This document shows, piece by piece, positions 1-9,796 of a stretch of 64,000 nt of DNA. The notes beneath the pieces are model-generated. The model was not told the DNA's origin. It worked only from the letters and a program-made list of their open reading frames with translations, and did not search any database. The position numbers and the translations under genes are program-made. Numbering within the stretch: the stretch's first letter is position 1; every line of letters begins with the position of its first letter. Location: the NCBI RefSeq assembly GCF_006345805.1, contig NC_042997.1, positions 79,546,001-79,610,000 of the forward strand. Reading direction: 5' to 3'. This stretch comes from Octopus sinensis (Eukaryota).

Positions 1-307
1 TATCCTCAGGAAGTACTTCTGCAAATACTTGTTATCAAATGTCTATCTGTAAATGGTTTATCTTCAAGAAGTAAACTATGCAGAGAATCTGAAATTCTGC
101 GTCAAGTATAATGGTTGCTGAGTATATCAAAAACTGGAATTCATGGTGTTATCTTTAATTCTGTAATTGCAATTATTTCAATAGAACGTGAGAAATCCAT
201 TTTATGAGCATAAATATCCCCGTTAATATCAATATAATAAATTCATAATCTTTATATATATATATAAAACTGAGAATGTGTGTCTGTCTGTCTGCCTGTC
301 TGTGTGT

Positions 308-592
308 TTCCCTAAAACTTGAGAACTACACAACTAATTTCATTCAAATTTTACAGATGCCTTACTTATGGTCCGGGGAGTGTCATCGGCAAAAAAATTA
401 ACTTTTTGCCTAGGGCGAGCCCACAGCAATATCATATCTTCTCCACTACGATTCCCTAAACTCGAGAACTACACAACCAATTTCATTCAAATTTTACACA
501 TGCCTTACTTAGGGTCCATGTAATTTCATGGGCAAAAAATGTTCAACTTCTTGCCTAGAGAGAGCCCATTGCAATATCATATCTTCTCCACT
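308..592 (+). repeat. Two tandem ~144-bp units
   Basis: TTCCCTAAA...ATCATATCTTCTCCACTA occurs at 308-449 and 452-592. Confidence 0.85.
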
Positions 593-882
593 ATTTCAGT
601 ATTACGTGTTAAAAGTGAAACAAAAACATTTCTCTATTTTATGTCAGATACTTTCACTTTAACAATAAAAATAATAACAATTGAATTATATGTAGTAAGT
701 AATAATTAAAATCAAACTAAAGTATAATAAACTCGTAACATAAAAAAAGTAAAAATAGCAATTGGCATAAAATTGCATCAATGACTTGAACTTGAATAAG
801 TGGTTTCACATGAATGGGAATAAATCAAAAATAAAATTAGCGTGCAGAAATGGAATAGTCCAGATGGATAATAAAAAATTAA

Positions 883-938
883 ATTAAAGAAAAGACTATT
901 GTCTATAAAGTATACAATGTCGAGAAAAAAGGTCGCGT
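883..938 (+). pseudogene. 5' half-fragment of a fourth Tx1-like ORF1 (element D-left)
   Basis: Translates IKEKTIVYKVYNVEKKGRV. This matches RTIKYKVF (A), KTITYRTQ...LVRV (B) and KGIIYKTY (C), and stops where D-right (NMEESTFEKCLG) begins. Confidence 0.55.
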
Positions 939-2604
939 TTTTTTGCGCTCTGTAAAATTCGGTTAAAAAAGAAAAACAACAAAAAGTGAATTGTGGTTGC
1001 GGAATTGGAACGTCGGTTGGTGCGGTTTTGCGTCGCACTGGTTCTGTGCGTCGCACGTTTTCTGTTCGGGAGGCCGTTTTTCGGTCTGAGGCGACTATGA
1101 GCCGCCTCTACCAAACGGATGAGATGGAAGGGAGAAATTTCTCTGAAAATTCGTCGACATCTGAGGAGGAGTTGGCGGTGAAAAAAATGGAAAGCACCTA
1201 TGCAGGTATAACGAAGAAGTCAACAGAAAAAGAGATAGACCTGGCTAAGTTGACGGACTTCCAGGAGTTCATGAAGGAGGAGGAGAACGGAGAGGTTGAG
1301 CTGTTGCCTCTAGCAGGGCGCGGAGACTGGTTCCATCGTAGAACCATTAAATATAAAGTATTTATGAATGGAGGTAGAAAAATGGAAGTGATTAACATGG
1401 AAGCAATTGAAGAGGCTTTCAAACGGACAGGAGAAGAAATTGTGTACATGACAAAAGGATTAGAATATGGAACCATAACGGTACAATTTAAAAGTGAGAA
1501 AGCAGCCAGGAATATAGCAGCCAAGGTGGTGAGTACAGAAAAGTTTTACTTGTTCCCCTCGTATTTGAATAGAAGGACCACCTGAATTAGGGTGGAAGGA
1601 ATACCTCCACACCTAGAGGGCGAATTAATAACGGCTGCGGTTATCAAAGGAAATGAAGATAAAGTGGACATCCTCCACGCCATTATGAAATATGAAGGCG
1701 TGAGAGGTGCCACACTAGTAATGAACATACAGACGGAGGCGGAAGTTATAGAAAAGCTTACGGACAGTATAAAAACTGGAAATATTATTATGAGAGTGTG
1801 GGTGGAGGGTAGGGCGCCCAGGTGCTACAAGTGTGGCATGAGGGGTCACATAAGAGCCTACTGCCCTCCACCACTAAAGGAAAAAGAAAAGGAAATCGTC
1901 GCGGAAGCCCCAAAAGAGGAAGAAACCAAAGAGAACCAAAGGGAAAAAGAAACGACAGAAGAAGAGGAGATGCAACAAGAGTGGGAAGAAAGAAGAAAAA
2001 AGAGAAAAAGAAAGAAAAAGAAAAACTGTGCGAAGCCCCAACCCACCCCAACACCACCCGCACCCTCTGAATCCCACCCTTCCCCTGCAGACAGTGAACC
2101 CACCCGCTCCCCTCCAACAAGAAAACAAAAAAGAAAAATAACAATACAGACAGACAAGAGTTTGAAAACGAACCCAGGCCGAACATTTATATTGTGACTG
2201 AACAGAAAGAGGTTGAAAGGGTAATGGAGGAGTATGAATGGTATGAAATGGATGGGACCAGATATGCAGTGCTGGAAAAGAAGAATATAGATGAGTTTGT
2301 GTTGAGGTGTGAAAGGGAGAATTGGGAGGTGAAAGATACAAGAATGAGCGATGAATTCGTGGAATATATGGAGGACAGTTTCGGAGTAAGAATGGATATG
2401 GATGGTCTTCGTATTGGGAATGAACATTCAGGTGACAGTGAAAACAAAAGGACAGGTAAGTGATGCTGGCGGAGGGGGCCGTTAGCATCGCTTTCATATT
2501 ATCATTTTTTCATTTTCATTTGCTCATAAATTTAATCATATTGTTCTATGTCCCCCATGTTTTGTTATGTCCGCCATTCTTCGTAGCCCCTGGTGGGTAA
2601 TAAA
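938..2604 (+). mobile_element. Element A: ORF1-only Tx1/L1-like non-autonomous retroelement
   Basis: 5' TTTTTTGCG resembles the 5' end of element C. It has a gag-like ORF1 and no ORF2. Its 3' tail GCCC-CTGGT-GGGT-AATAAA is shared with B and C. Confidence 0.75.
1097..2463 (+). pseudogene. ORF1 of element A (RRM-like region + CCHC knuckle + basic linker + C-terminal domain), one in-frame TGA and one frameshift
   Basis: ATG at 1097. TGA at 1583-1585 is followed by an in-frame continuation (1592-2197) containing VEGRAPRCYKCGMRGHIRAYC. The C-terminal domain is in the -1 frame, open from 2098 to 2463. Confidence 0.8.
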
Positions 2605-2622
2605 GAAATAACATGGCGGAAA

Positions 2623-4538
2623 TCTACCCACGTGTGTTGTGAGTTATTTTGTATGTGAAAATTGGAAAAAAAAAACTGTAAAAAATTGTCAAAAAATTGA
2701 ATCACGCGAGGCGTTTGCCGCTGCGTGTTTGAACCTTTTATAGAAGGTGTGTCGACCCTCAAGTCATGGAGACTTACGCGGGGTTCGCCACAACAAAAAG
2801 TGACGAGTCTCTTAGAATAAAAGAAGTGTTCTTTAGAAAAGAACAATTGAAGGAATACGAGAAGTTCGTCAAAAGGGAGGGTGACAGCGTGAAGCTGGTC
2901 CCGCCTGTGGAAACAATAGAAGAGAGAAATAACAAGACGATAACGTATAGAACGCAAGATAGAAACACGAGAAAACTGGTGAGAGTGACGATTGAAGAAA
3001 TAGAGAAATGTCTGGGGGACATCATGAAAAAAGCGACTTTTGTAGACAGAGGAAAGAAATATGGTACGGTGGAGGTGAGATGCGCAACAAAGGAAGTGGC
3101 GGCCTCATTGGCTTCCACTGTCCTGAAAGCGGAAAATTTCACCATGTGGCCGACGTATAAAGGAAGACGAGGGGTACGGGTAAGAGTCCCAAAGGTGCCC
3201 CCAGATATTAAAACAGAAATGCTGGTAACAGCCATTATTGGGGCAGCAAAAGAGGAAGTAGAAATAGGGTCAATTAAGGAGACGAACGTTGTAAATTGGA
3301 AGGGATTCGGAGTAGAGTTGTGGCTGATGGCCACAATGGAAGGCATCGAAAGATTTCCCTTCCAAATAGAAATAGAAAACGAGAAAACAATTAGTGTAAT
3401 AGTGGAAGGCAGAAAACCGAATTGCTACCTGTGCGGATCAAGAGGGCACATAAAAAAGGAATGTCCGCTGTATGAATTCACAGCGGAGCAAAAAGAGACA
3501 CAAAGTGGAGAGAAGGAAAACGAACACGAAGGAAAGAACAGCGAAAACAAGGAAAAGGAAATAACGGAGAAACAACAAGAGAAGGGAAGTAACAGCGCAC
3601 TGAAGGAAAATGAAAACAAAGGGAAGAAGATAGTAGAAAAGGAGCAAAATTCACAGGGTGCAGAAGTAGTGGAGAAGGAGCCAAGGCAGAAGCAAGAGAA
3701 AGAAAAGGAAAGTACATTAAGGAAAGAGAAAAAGCAGGAAAAGAACAAGAGAAGGAACAGAACCAAGAGAAAGGAAAAGATGGTATGCAAAAAGGAAAAG
3801 AAACAACAGGAAAGGAACTTAAGGCACAGGGTAGAGAGACGGCAGACAAAGAGCCAAAAAGACAAGAGAAGGAAAAAGAAAGAAGAGAAAGCAAAAAGAG
3901 AGAAAGAGAGAAACCGAGGGAGGAGAAAAAAGAGGAAGTAAGTCCTAAGAGAAAAACTAGAGAAAACGTAGGTACGAATAGAAAATTCAAATACTATGGA
4001 ACGTTGATCCATCACAGGCACTGTGAGGAGATGGAAGATTTAATAAACGTAACAAACGGATATACGTGGGTCAGGATGGGCACCGAATGGAAAGAAACAG
4101 GTGTACTCGTCCACGAGAACGACGCCGAGGCGTTCATCGAGGCAGCTGGCAAGAACGTGTCAAAACATATGAAATGCCGACTTACAAGGTGGCCTCGAAC
4201 GATGGAAGTTTACTCAGATTTGGTAGACATAATGGAGTATATATAAAAGAAAAGGTATTGTGAAAACTTTAATTTGGAAATGATAAAAAGAACTTAAATT
4301 CTGAAAAAAAAAACAGAAATGTTGAACTTTGTAAAACTTTTGAAATGTATGTTGAAAATGTATAAAATGTTTTATTTGGAAAATATTGTTGACGAATAAA
4401 AAACAAATGACGAAATGTAACCGCTCGATTTCGGGGATCGAGTGGGCATTACACCACATTGTACAAACTTCATAATTCATTATTAATTTTCCCGATTGTA
4501 TTGTCCCATCTATGTAGCCCCTAGTGGGTAATAATAAA
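2623..4538 (+). mobile_element. Element B: ORF1-only Tx1/L1-like non-autonomous retroelement
   Basis: It has ORF1 only. The 3' end GATTGTATTGTCCCATCTATG..GCCC-CTAGT-GGGT-AATAATAAA is nearly identical to that of element C. Confidence 0.8.
2766..4246 (+). CDS. ORF1 of element B (gag-like, CCHC), C-terminal domain in -1 frame
   Basis: The 391-aa ORF contains YGTVEVR, PTYKGRR and VEGRKPNCYLCGSRGHIKKEC. Overlapping ORF 3785-4246 supplies a globular-looking C-terminus. Confidence 0.8.
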
Positions 4539-4769
4539 ACAACATGGAGGAAATCAATTTTTTGCGTTTATTAGTAAGTTGATATATTTTTGCTCTCGTA
4601 CTATTATCACTGTTATTATATACTGTTGGTCTACCTGTTTTGTCTATTGTTGTCTAACTGACGAAGTCAGCCTTCGCGCGAAGACTTCGCGTTGGTGTTC
4701 CCCCCTCCGTGGGGGAAAACTACAATTAATTTGGATTTACCAAAGGCTTGTTAAAGCCATTTGTTCAAG

Positions 4770-6147
4770 ATGGAGTCCCCCATCTCTTATTCGCCCGTGA
4801 CGAGCGAGGATGAATACCCGGCGTTGTCGCCAAGAAAAAAAGAGGCGTTGTCGCCAAGAAAAAAAGAGGCGTTGTCGCCGAAGAAAAAAGAGGCGGCGTC
4901 GCCCAAGAAAATGGAAAAACCAGGACCAGCATCAACTCCAGCAAAAAAATTCGCTGAAGTGGCTGGGAAAAAGATTAAAAATATAAATATAGAAAATTTT
5001 GAAAAATTTGCAGACTGTGTAAAAAAAGAAGGCACAGAAGTGACTGTAGCCACAAACATACAAAAACATGACGATATAGAAAAAAAAGGAATAATATATA
5101 AAACTTACGACACAACGACAAAAATGATCCAAAAAATCGAAGAAAAAAAAATAGAGTTTTGTCTAAAACCTTTTATGGATAAAATAACGTATATAAACAG
5201 AGGAAAAAGATACGGCACAGTGGAGGTGCGTTTTACTACGGAGGAGATAGCGAAAAAACTATCGATGGAGCCAATCAAAGCAGAAAACATTGTCTTGCTA
5301 CCATTGTATAAAGGAAAAAGGACGTCGAAAATTTCAATGAACAACATACCGCCAGAGGCAGATGCAGAATGTCTGGTGGCAGCAGTGATGGTAGGCCTGG
5401 AGGAAAAAATAAACATCCTCCAGGCCACAGTGGAGGAAGAGGAGTTTTGGAAAGGGCAGAAAATAGTGATAGCCATTCAGGCGGAGGTGCAAACACTGGA
5501 AGAAATTCCAGAAACGGTAAAGATTAGTGAAGACGAGAAAATAACAGTGTTCGTGGAGGGCAGGAAGCCGAGGTGCTTCGGCTGCGGCAAGAAGGGTCAT
5601 GTAAGGGCGGAATGCCAACCCCAACCCAAACCGCAGGAAGCACCTAAGCCAAGAGAAAAAGAAGATAATGTGTCACCAGAAGCAGCGTCGGACGGCCCAG
5701 AAGGGAAGACTGAAGGTGTGGAGGTGACGGTGACAGCAGAACCAGCGGCGGAGGAAAAAAAACAGAGGAAAAGATAAATGAGGAGGGGTGGGCAAAAATT
5801 ACCGGAAAAAAAAAAGAAAAACGGAAACCACCCCTCCCAGAGTAATTTTAAAAAAGAAAAGAGAGTCAATGAACTCGTATATGGCCGTAAAGGCAGCAAA
5901 TAGCAGACTCGGAAATGTGTTGGCAGCCATGGCCAAAGTGGAGAAAGTAGTGAAAAAAAACGACTTTGTAATTTACAGAATAGGCCGGAAGGATTACGGG
6001 CGGATAAAGCCAGAATTCTTCCATGACGTAGGCCCACTTAGATTGGATGTGACATCTCCACATATATTCGAGGGCCTAAGTCAGACTCCCCCACGAGGCC
6101 CAGAAAAAGAGTTAGAAGAACAAGAGAAAACCGAACCACTGATATAA
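4770..6147 (+). CDS. ORF1 of element C (gag-like, CCHC), interrupted at two A-homopolymers
   Basis: ATG at 4770; motif VEGRKPRCFGCGKKGHVRAEC. Adding one A to each of the runs at 5755-5762 and 5806-5815 joins 4770-5777, the linker TEEKINEEGWAKITGKKK and 5788-6147 into one ORF. Confidence 0.8.
4821..4910 (+). repeat. 24-bp in-frame tandem repeat (ALSPRKKE x3-4)
   Basis: GCGTTGTCGCCAAGAAAAAAAGAG units start at 4821, 4845 and 4869, with a variant at 4893. Confidence 0.9.
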
Positions 6148-6156
6148 AGGTAAGTA

Positions 6157-9100
6157 ATGGATTACATTTATGTTGGTTGTTTGAATGTGCGCGGCCTGGG
6201 AGCAGGCTGGAAGCAAGGTCGCTTCCTGCATGATATCAGGTCGCGTAATTTAGATGTTATTGTTGCTACAGAAACCCGGTTAGAGGGGCCAAGAGGTCTA
6301 CTCCCGCTGTTTGACGGCTACGAGGGTTTTTTCTCTCCTGGCAGTCCTACAGGCGGGAGTGGGGTGTTGGTCCTATTAAAAAGAAACCGGGTTTCTGAGA
6401 AAAAGTTAATTTTTGCAGATCCAGAAGGTAGGCTGGTCGTCATGGATTTGACGTTCAGTAATGGTAAAGTTATCAGACTGGTTGCAATTTACGCACCCAA
6501 CCATACAGGGCAAAGTGATTATTTTCGTGAACTAGAAAACTTTCTTGGTACTTCGCATTCATTAGTGGTGCTAGGAGACTTTAACACAATTTGCAAAGCG
6601 GATGTAGATTGTGTTGGCTCGCGTCCAGATAGAAAAGGCAACAGTGGCTTCATGGAACTGCTAAGCCGCTTTGAGCTAGCAGATCCTTATAGGCTGGAAT
6701 TTCCGAACGCTCCATTGTGGACATGGTCAAACAGCGACGGATCTTCCAGGTCATATTTAGATAGAATACTAATTAGAAAAGTAGACAGTAAAATAGCTAA
6801 GTGTCCACAGTTTTACCCGATCAGCTACAGTGATCATAAAATGGTCACTTGTAAGCTTGACATAGATAAGGTTAAAAATAGAGGATCCGGTTACTGGAAA
6901 CTTAATACGTCCCTTTTGGCGATTAAGGAGTACAAAGACCGGATTAGGAATATAATTCAGAGGGCACTATCTGGTACCATCATCAATAACAAATGGTGGT
7001 ACGCCCTGAAACGAGCCATCAAGTTTGAATCTATTAGATATAGCATAGGAGTAGTGGCTAGAGAGGCTAGAAGGGAAACTACTCTAGTTAAGGAATTAGA
7101 GGAAGCCATAAAAACTGGCTCTGCGGCTCAGGTGGCGTCCAAGAGACTGGTGTTAAACCAGCACCTCGAGGCCAAACACATGGGCTGCATTGTCAGGGCT
7201 AGAATCCGCCATATGGGATGTGAAGGAATCAACGCCGTGAGATGGGCCCGAGTGGTGGAAGCTCAGCATGGTAACGATGCCACGATTCGATCTTTGACGA
7301 ACCAACAAGGTGAGTTGATAAACGAACCCGAGGAGATGTGTGAGGCCTTTCAGGAGCACTTCGCTCAGCTTTTCGGTGAGTGCGGCGGACTGGATAGGAG
7401 GAGGGCCTTTACGGACCTACTCGACGGGCTGCCGCGCTTATCGGGGCGAGATGCGGAGGGCTGTGAAGGGCCAATCACGCCTGAGTTGGTGGTTGAAGCA
7501 ATGGCGGACTGCGGCGCGGGCAAGGCGCCGGGTTTGGATGGTCTACCCTATGAGTTATATAAGAGTATGCCAGACTTGTTCGGGCACCTACTGGCGGAGG
7601 TCTATGCAAACTGGCAGCAGAACGGGCTTATACCCAGATCTGTGCGCCGGGGAGTAGTGACTCTCGTCAGAAAGGACCCGAGCAAGGGGGAGTGCATTGA
7701 TAATTTCAGGCCCATCACTCTGCTAAACACAGAGTTGAAGATTTTGGCCAAAGTGTTATCGAAAAGATTGGCGCGTGTCGCGGATGGTCTGATCGGAGAG
7801 GCACAGACATGTGCCGTTCCGGGCAGATCCATTCAGGATAATCTCCATCTAATGCGGTACACTATAGAGGGGTTTAATAGTGATTCTGGCAAGGGTGGGG
7901 CACTGGTCCATTTAGACCAATCTAAAGCTTTTGATAGGGTCGACCATCGTTACCTGGTATCTGCCCTGGCACAGTTCGGGCTGAGCCTTGGCTTCCTCAG
8001 GTGGATTATCCAAATTTACGATAACATCGACTCGGTAGTTCGGGTGAACGGCTTCTTGTCGAAGCCGTTCAAAATCAAACGCTCGGTTCGTCAAGGGTGT
8101 CCGCTCTCCCCGCTTTTGTACGTGATGGCTCTTGAGCCATTACTGCGAAAACTGAGCGGCATCCCGAGACAGCCAGGTAATGGAAAATCAGTGTCAGCGT
8201 ACGCGGATGACATCACCATCATCGTAACCGAAATGGACCACCTATGTAAAGTAGGCAAAGCCATAGAGGTTTACGAGACGGTGACAGGAGCAAAAGTTAA
8301 TCGCGAAAAGTCAGTCGGCTTGCAACTCGGCACCTGGAGAGGCAAGTCGATGCCTCCTGACAGCGTCGTGGGACGTTGGACGGAGGGTCCGATTAAACTG
8401 CTAGGGGTCTGGTTCGGTCCAGACCTCCAAATAGAGAAGAATTGGGGCGAGGTAACGAGCAAGGTGGCTGCAGTAGCCAAGACCTGGTCTTGGCGGTGGC
8501 TATCCCTGAAAGGGAGGGCGGAGGTGGCCAATGTGTTTATCGCATCGGTTATCACCTACCGCCTTTCCGTCGTTCCTTGCCCTGATTCGTGGTTGATCAA
8601 GTTGGAAAGACAGCTCTTCTACTTCTTGTGGAAGGGCGGGAAACCACTTGTGAAACGCTCTACTTGCTGTCAACAACCGTTAAAGGGTGGGCTAGGGATG
8701 CCTTGGCTGATGATGCGCAGACATGCGCTGAGGTTAAGACATCTGTGGCTCTACCTGGATGGTGAACGGGTGTGGTCTTCGCTAGCAAAACTGATGTTTC
8801 CCAAGTTCACTAGTTTCGGTGGATGGGAAACCTGGCTGAATCGTAGATCGAAACTTGGTACTTGGTACACGGAGTGTCGCAAGGCTCTCCTGCTATTCCG
8901 TCGCTCGGGCAACGCCTGCGGTGGGGGTTCCACCACATTCTTCTATAGAGGGTTGGTAGAGGCGGAATGTGAAGATACCTTGGGGGAAACCCTAGGTCTC
9001 GACGATAATCAGCTGGCCAGTCTGTTCCGACGTACGTTCAAGCCGAGGACACTGGACAACTTCCAGAAGTCTCTGGCATGGCAATGCTACAGAGGAGCTC

Positions 9101-9552
9101 TACCTGTTCGGGATAAACTCGCAAGGCACGGTGGCCAAGACAGTCCGATATGTCCAAGATGCGGGCGGGATAGGGAAACCGTCCCGCACGCTATTGTTCA
9201 TTGTCCGGACGTGTCTGAGGTGTGGGTTTATGCCGAACAGCTGTTGTCAGGTACACGAAGAGTACAGCTGTCGACTGAGTCGATTACAAAAATTGACCCA
9301 CCGGATTTCCTCGTGAATGAAGGTAAGTTTCGTTTTCTCGTTGTAGTAGCAATTGCGAAAGAGGTGATATGGAAGACGAGAATGAAAGGTTTACAGTCAG
9401 GCAAGTTCATCTCCGGCCCTGGTTTGATGAATTATTTCATCTTTCACCTGAAAAGGAAGATAGGGCTGGAGAGAATATGCCTGACTAGGAGAGTGTATGA
9501 AGAACGATGGAAGGATGTAGCACGAAAGTTGCGAGTGAAAGATACAACATAA
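6157..9552 (+). CDS. ORF2p: AP-endonuclease + reverse transcriptase + C-terminal zinc finger (Tx1-like), intact, 1131 aa
   Basis: APE motifs LNVRGL, ATETRL, GDFN, YLDRILI, SDHKMV; linker YWKLNTSLL. RT motifs APGLDG, FRPITLLN, LDQSKAFDRVDH, RQGCPLSPLLY, YADDI, KLLGV. Zinc finger CPRC...HAIVHC. Confidence 0.97.
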   Translation: MDYIYVGCLNVRGLGAGWKQGRFLHDIRSRNLDVIVATETRLEGPRGLLPLFDGYEGFFSPGSPTGGSGVLVLLKRNRVSEKKLIFADPEGRLVVMDLTFSNGKVIRLVAIYAPNHTGQSDYFRELENFLGTSHSLVVLGDFNTICKADVDCVGSRPDRKGNSGFMELLSRFELADPYRLEFPNAPLWTWSNSDGSSRSYLDRILIRKVDSKIAKCPQFYPISYSDHKMVTCKLDIDKVKNRGSGYWKLNTSLLAIKEYKDRIRNIIQRALSGTIINNKWWYALKRAIKFESIRYSIGVVAREARRETTLVKELEEAIKTGSAAQVASKRLVLNQHLEAKHMGCIVRARIRHMGCEGINAVRWARVVEAQHGNDATIRSLTNQQGELINEPEEMCEAFQEHFAQLFGECGGLDRRRAFTDLLDGLPRLSGRDAEGCEGPITPELVVEAMADCGAGKAPGLDGLPYELYKSMPDLFGHLLAEVYANWQQNGLIPRSVRRGVVTLVRKDPSKGECIDNFRPITLLNTELKILAKVLSKRLARVADGLIGEAQTCAVPGRSIQDNLHLMRYTIEGFNSDSGKGGALVHLDQSKAFDRVDHRYLVSALAQFGLSLGFLRWIIQIYDNIDSVVRVNGFLSKPFKIKRSVRQGCPLSPLLYVMALEPLLRKLSGIPRQPGNGKSVSAYADDITIIVTEMDHLCKVGKAIEVYETVTGAKVNREKSVGLQLGTWRGKSMPPDSVVGRWTEGPIKLLGVWFGPDLQIEKNWGEVTSKVAAVAKTWSWRWLSLKGRAEVANVFIASVITYRLSVVPCPDSWLIKLERQLFYFLWKGGKPLVKRSTCCQQPLKGGLGMPWLMMRRHALRLRHLWLYLDGERVWSSLAKLMFPKFTSFGGWETWLNRRSKLGTWYTECRKALLLFRRSGNACGGGSTTFFYRGLVEAECEDTLGETLGLDDNQLASLFRRTFKPRTLDNFQKSLAWQCYRGALPVRDKLARHGGQDSPICPRCGRDRETVPHAIVHCPDVSEVWVYAEQLLSGTRRVQLSTESITKIDPPDFLVNEGKFRFLVVVAIAKEVIWKTRMKGLQSGKFISGPGLMNYFIFHLKRKIGLERICLTRRVYEERWKDVARKLRVKDTT

Positions 9553-9796
9553 ATGTAATACCAAGCGCAACCAAAAGTATCAGTGGGGAGGCGGGGCTCG
9601 TGGGGTCCGAGCTAAACCCGCACCCACTCCACCCGTAATGTCTTCCGGTCTGTCCCATCATTCGATTTCTGTCCATTTATTGTAATTCATGAAAATTTTT
9701 AAATTCGATTTATTGTAAAAACCCATTCGTGTGTCTGACCCCATCATCAGATTGTATTGTCCCATCTATGTTCGCCCCTTATGGGTAATAATAAAA

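Larger units (their letters stand above)
4554..9795 (+). mobile_element. Element C: full-length Tx1-like (L1 clade) non-LTR retrotransposon
   Basis: 5'UTR + ORF1 + ORF2 + structured 3'UTR. It is flanked by a perfect 15-bp direct repeat ACAACATGGAGGAAA (4539-4553 and 9796-9810). Confidence 0.92.

Noticed and set aside
1788-4021. Long antisense ORFs (132-207 aa) opposite ORF1s of A and B
   Set aside because: These are F/S/L-rich shadows of purine-rich Lys/Glu codons, with no domain features.
4657-4690. CTGACGA in the 5'UTR of element C as a 5' hammerhead ribozyme
   Set aside because: It forms a simple hairpin (CGAAGTC/GACTTCG), and no GAAA follows stem II. I also found no convincing HDV-like fold by eye.
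4821-4910. CRISPR-like array
   Set aside because: The 24-bp units are contiguous with no spacers and in frame within a eukaryotic retroelement ORF.
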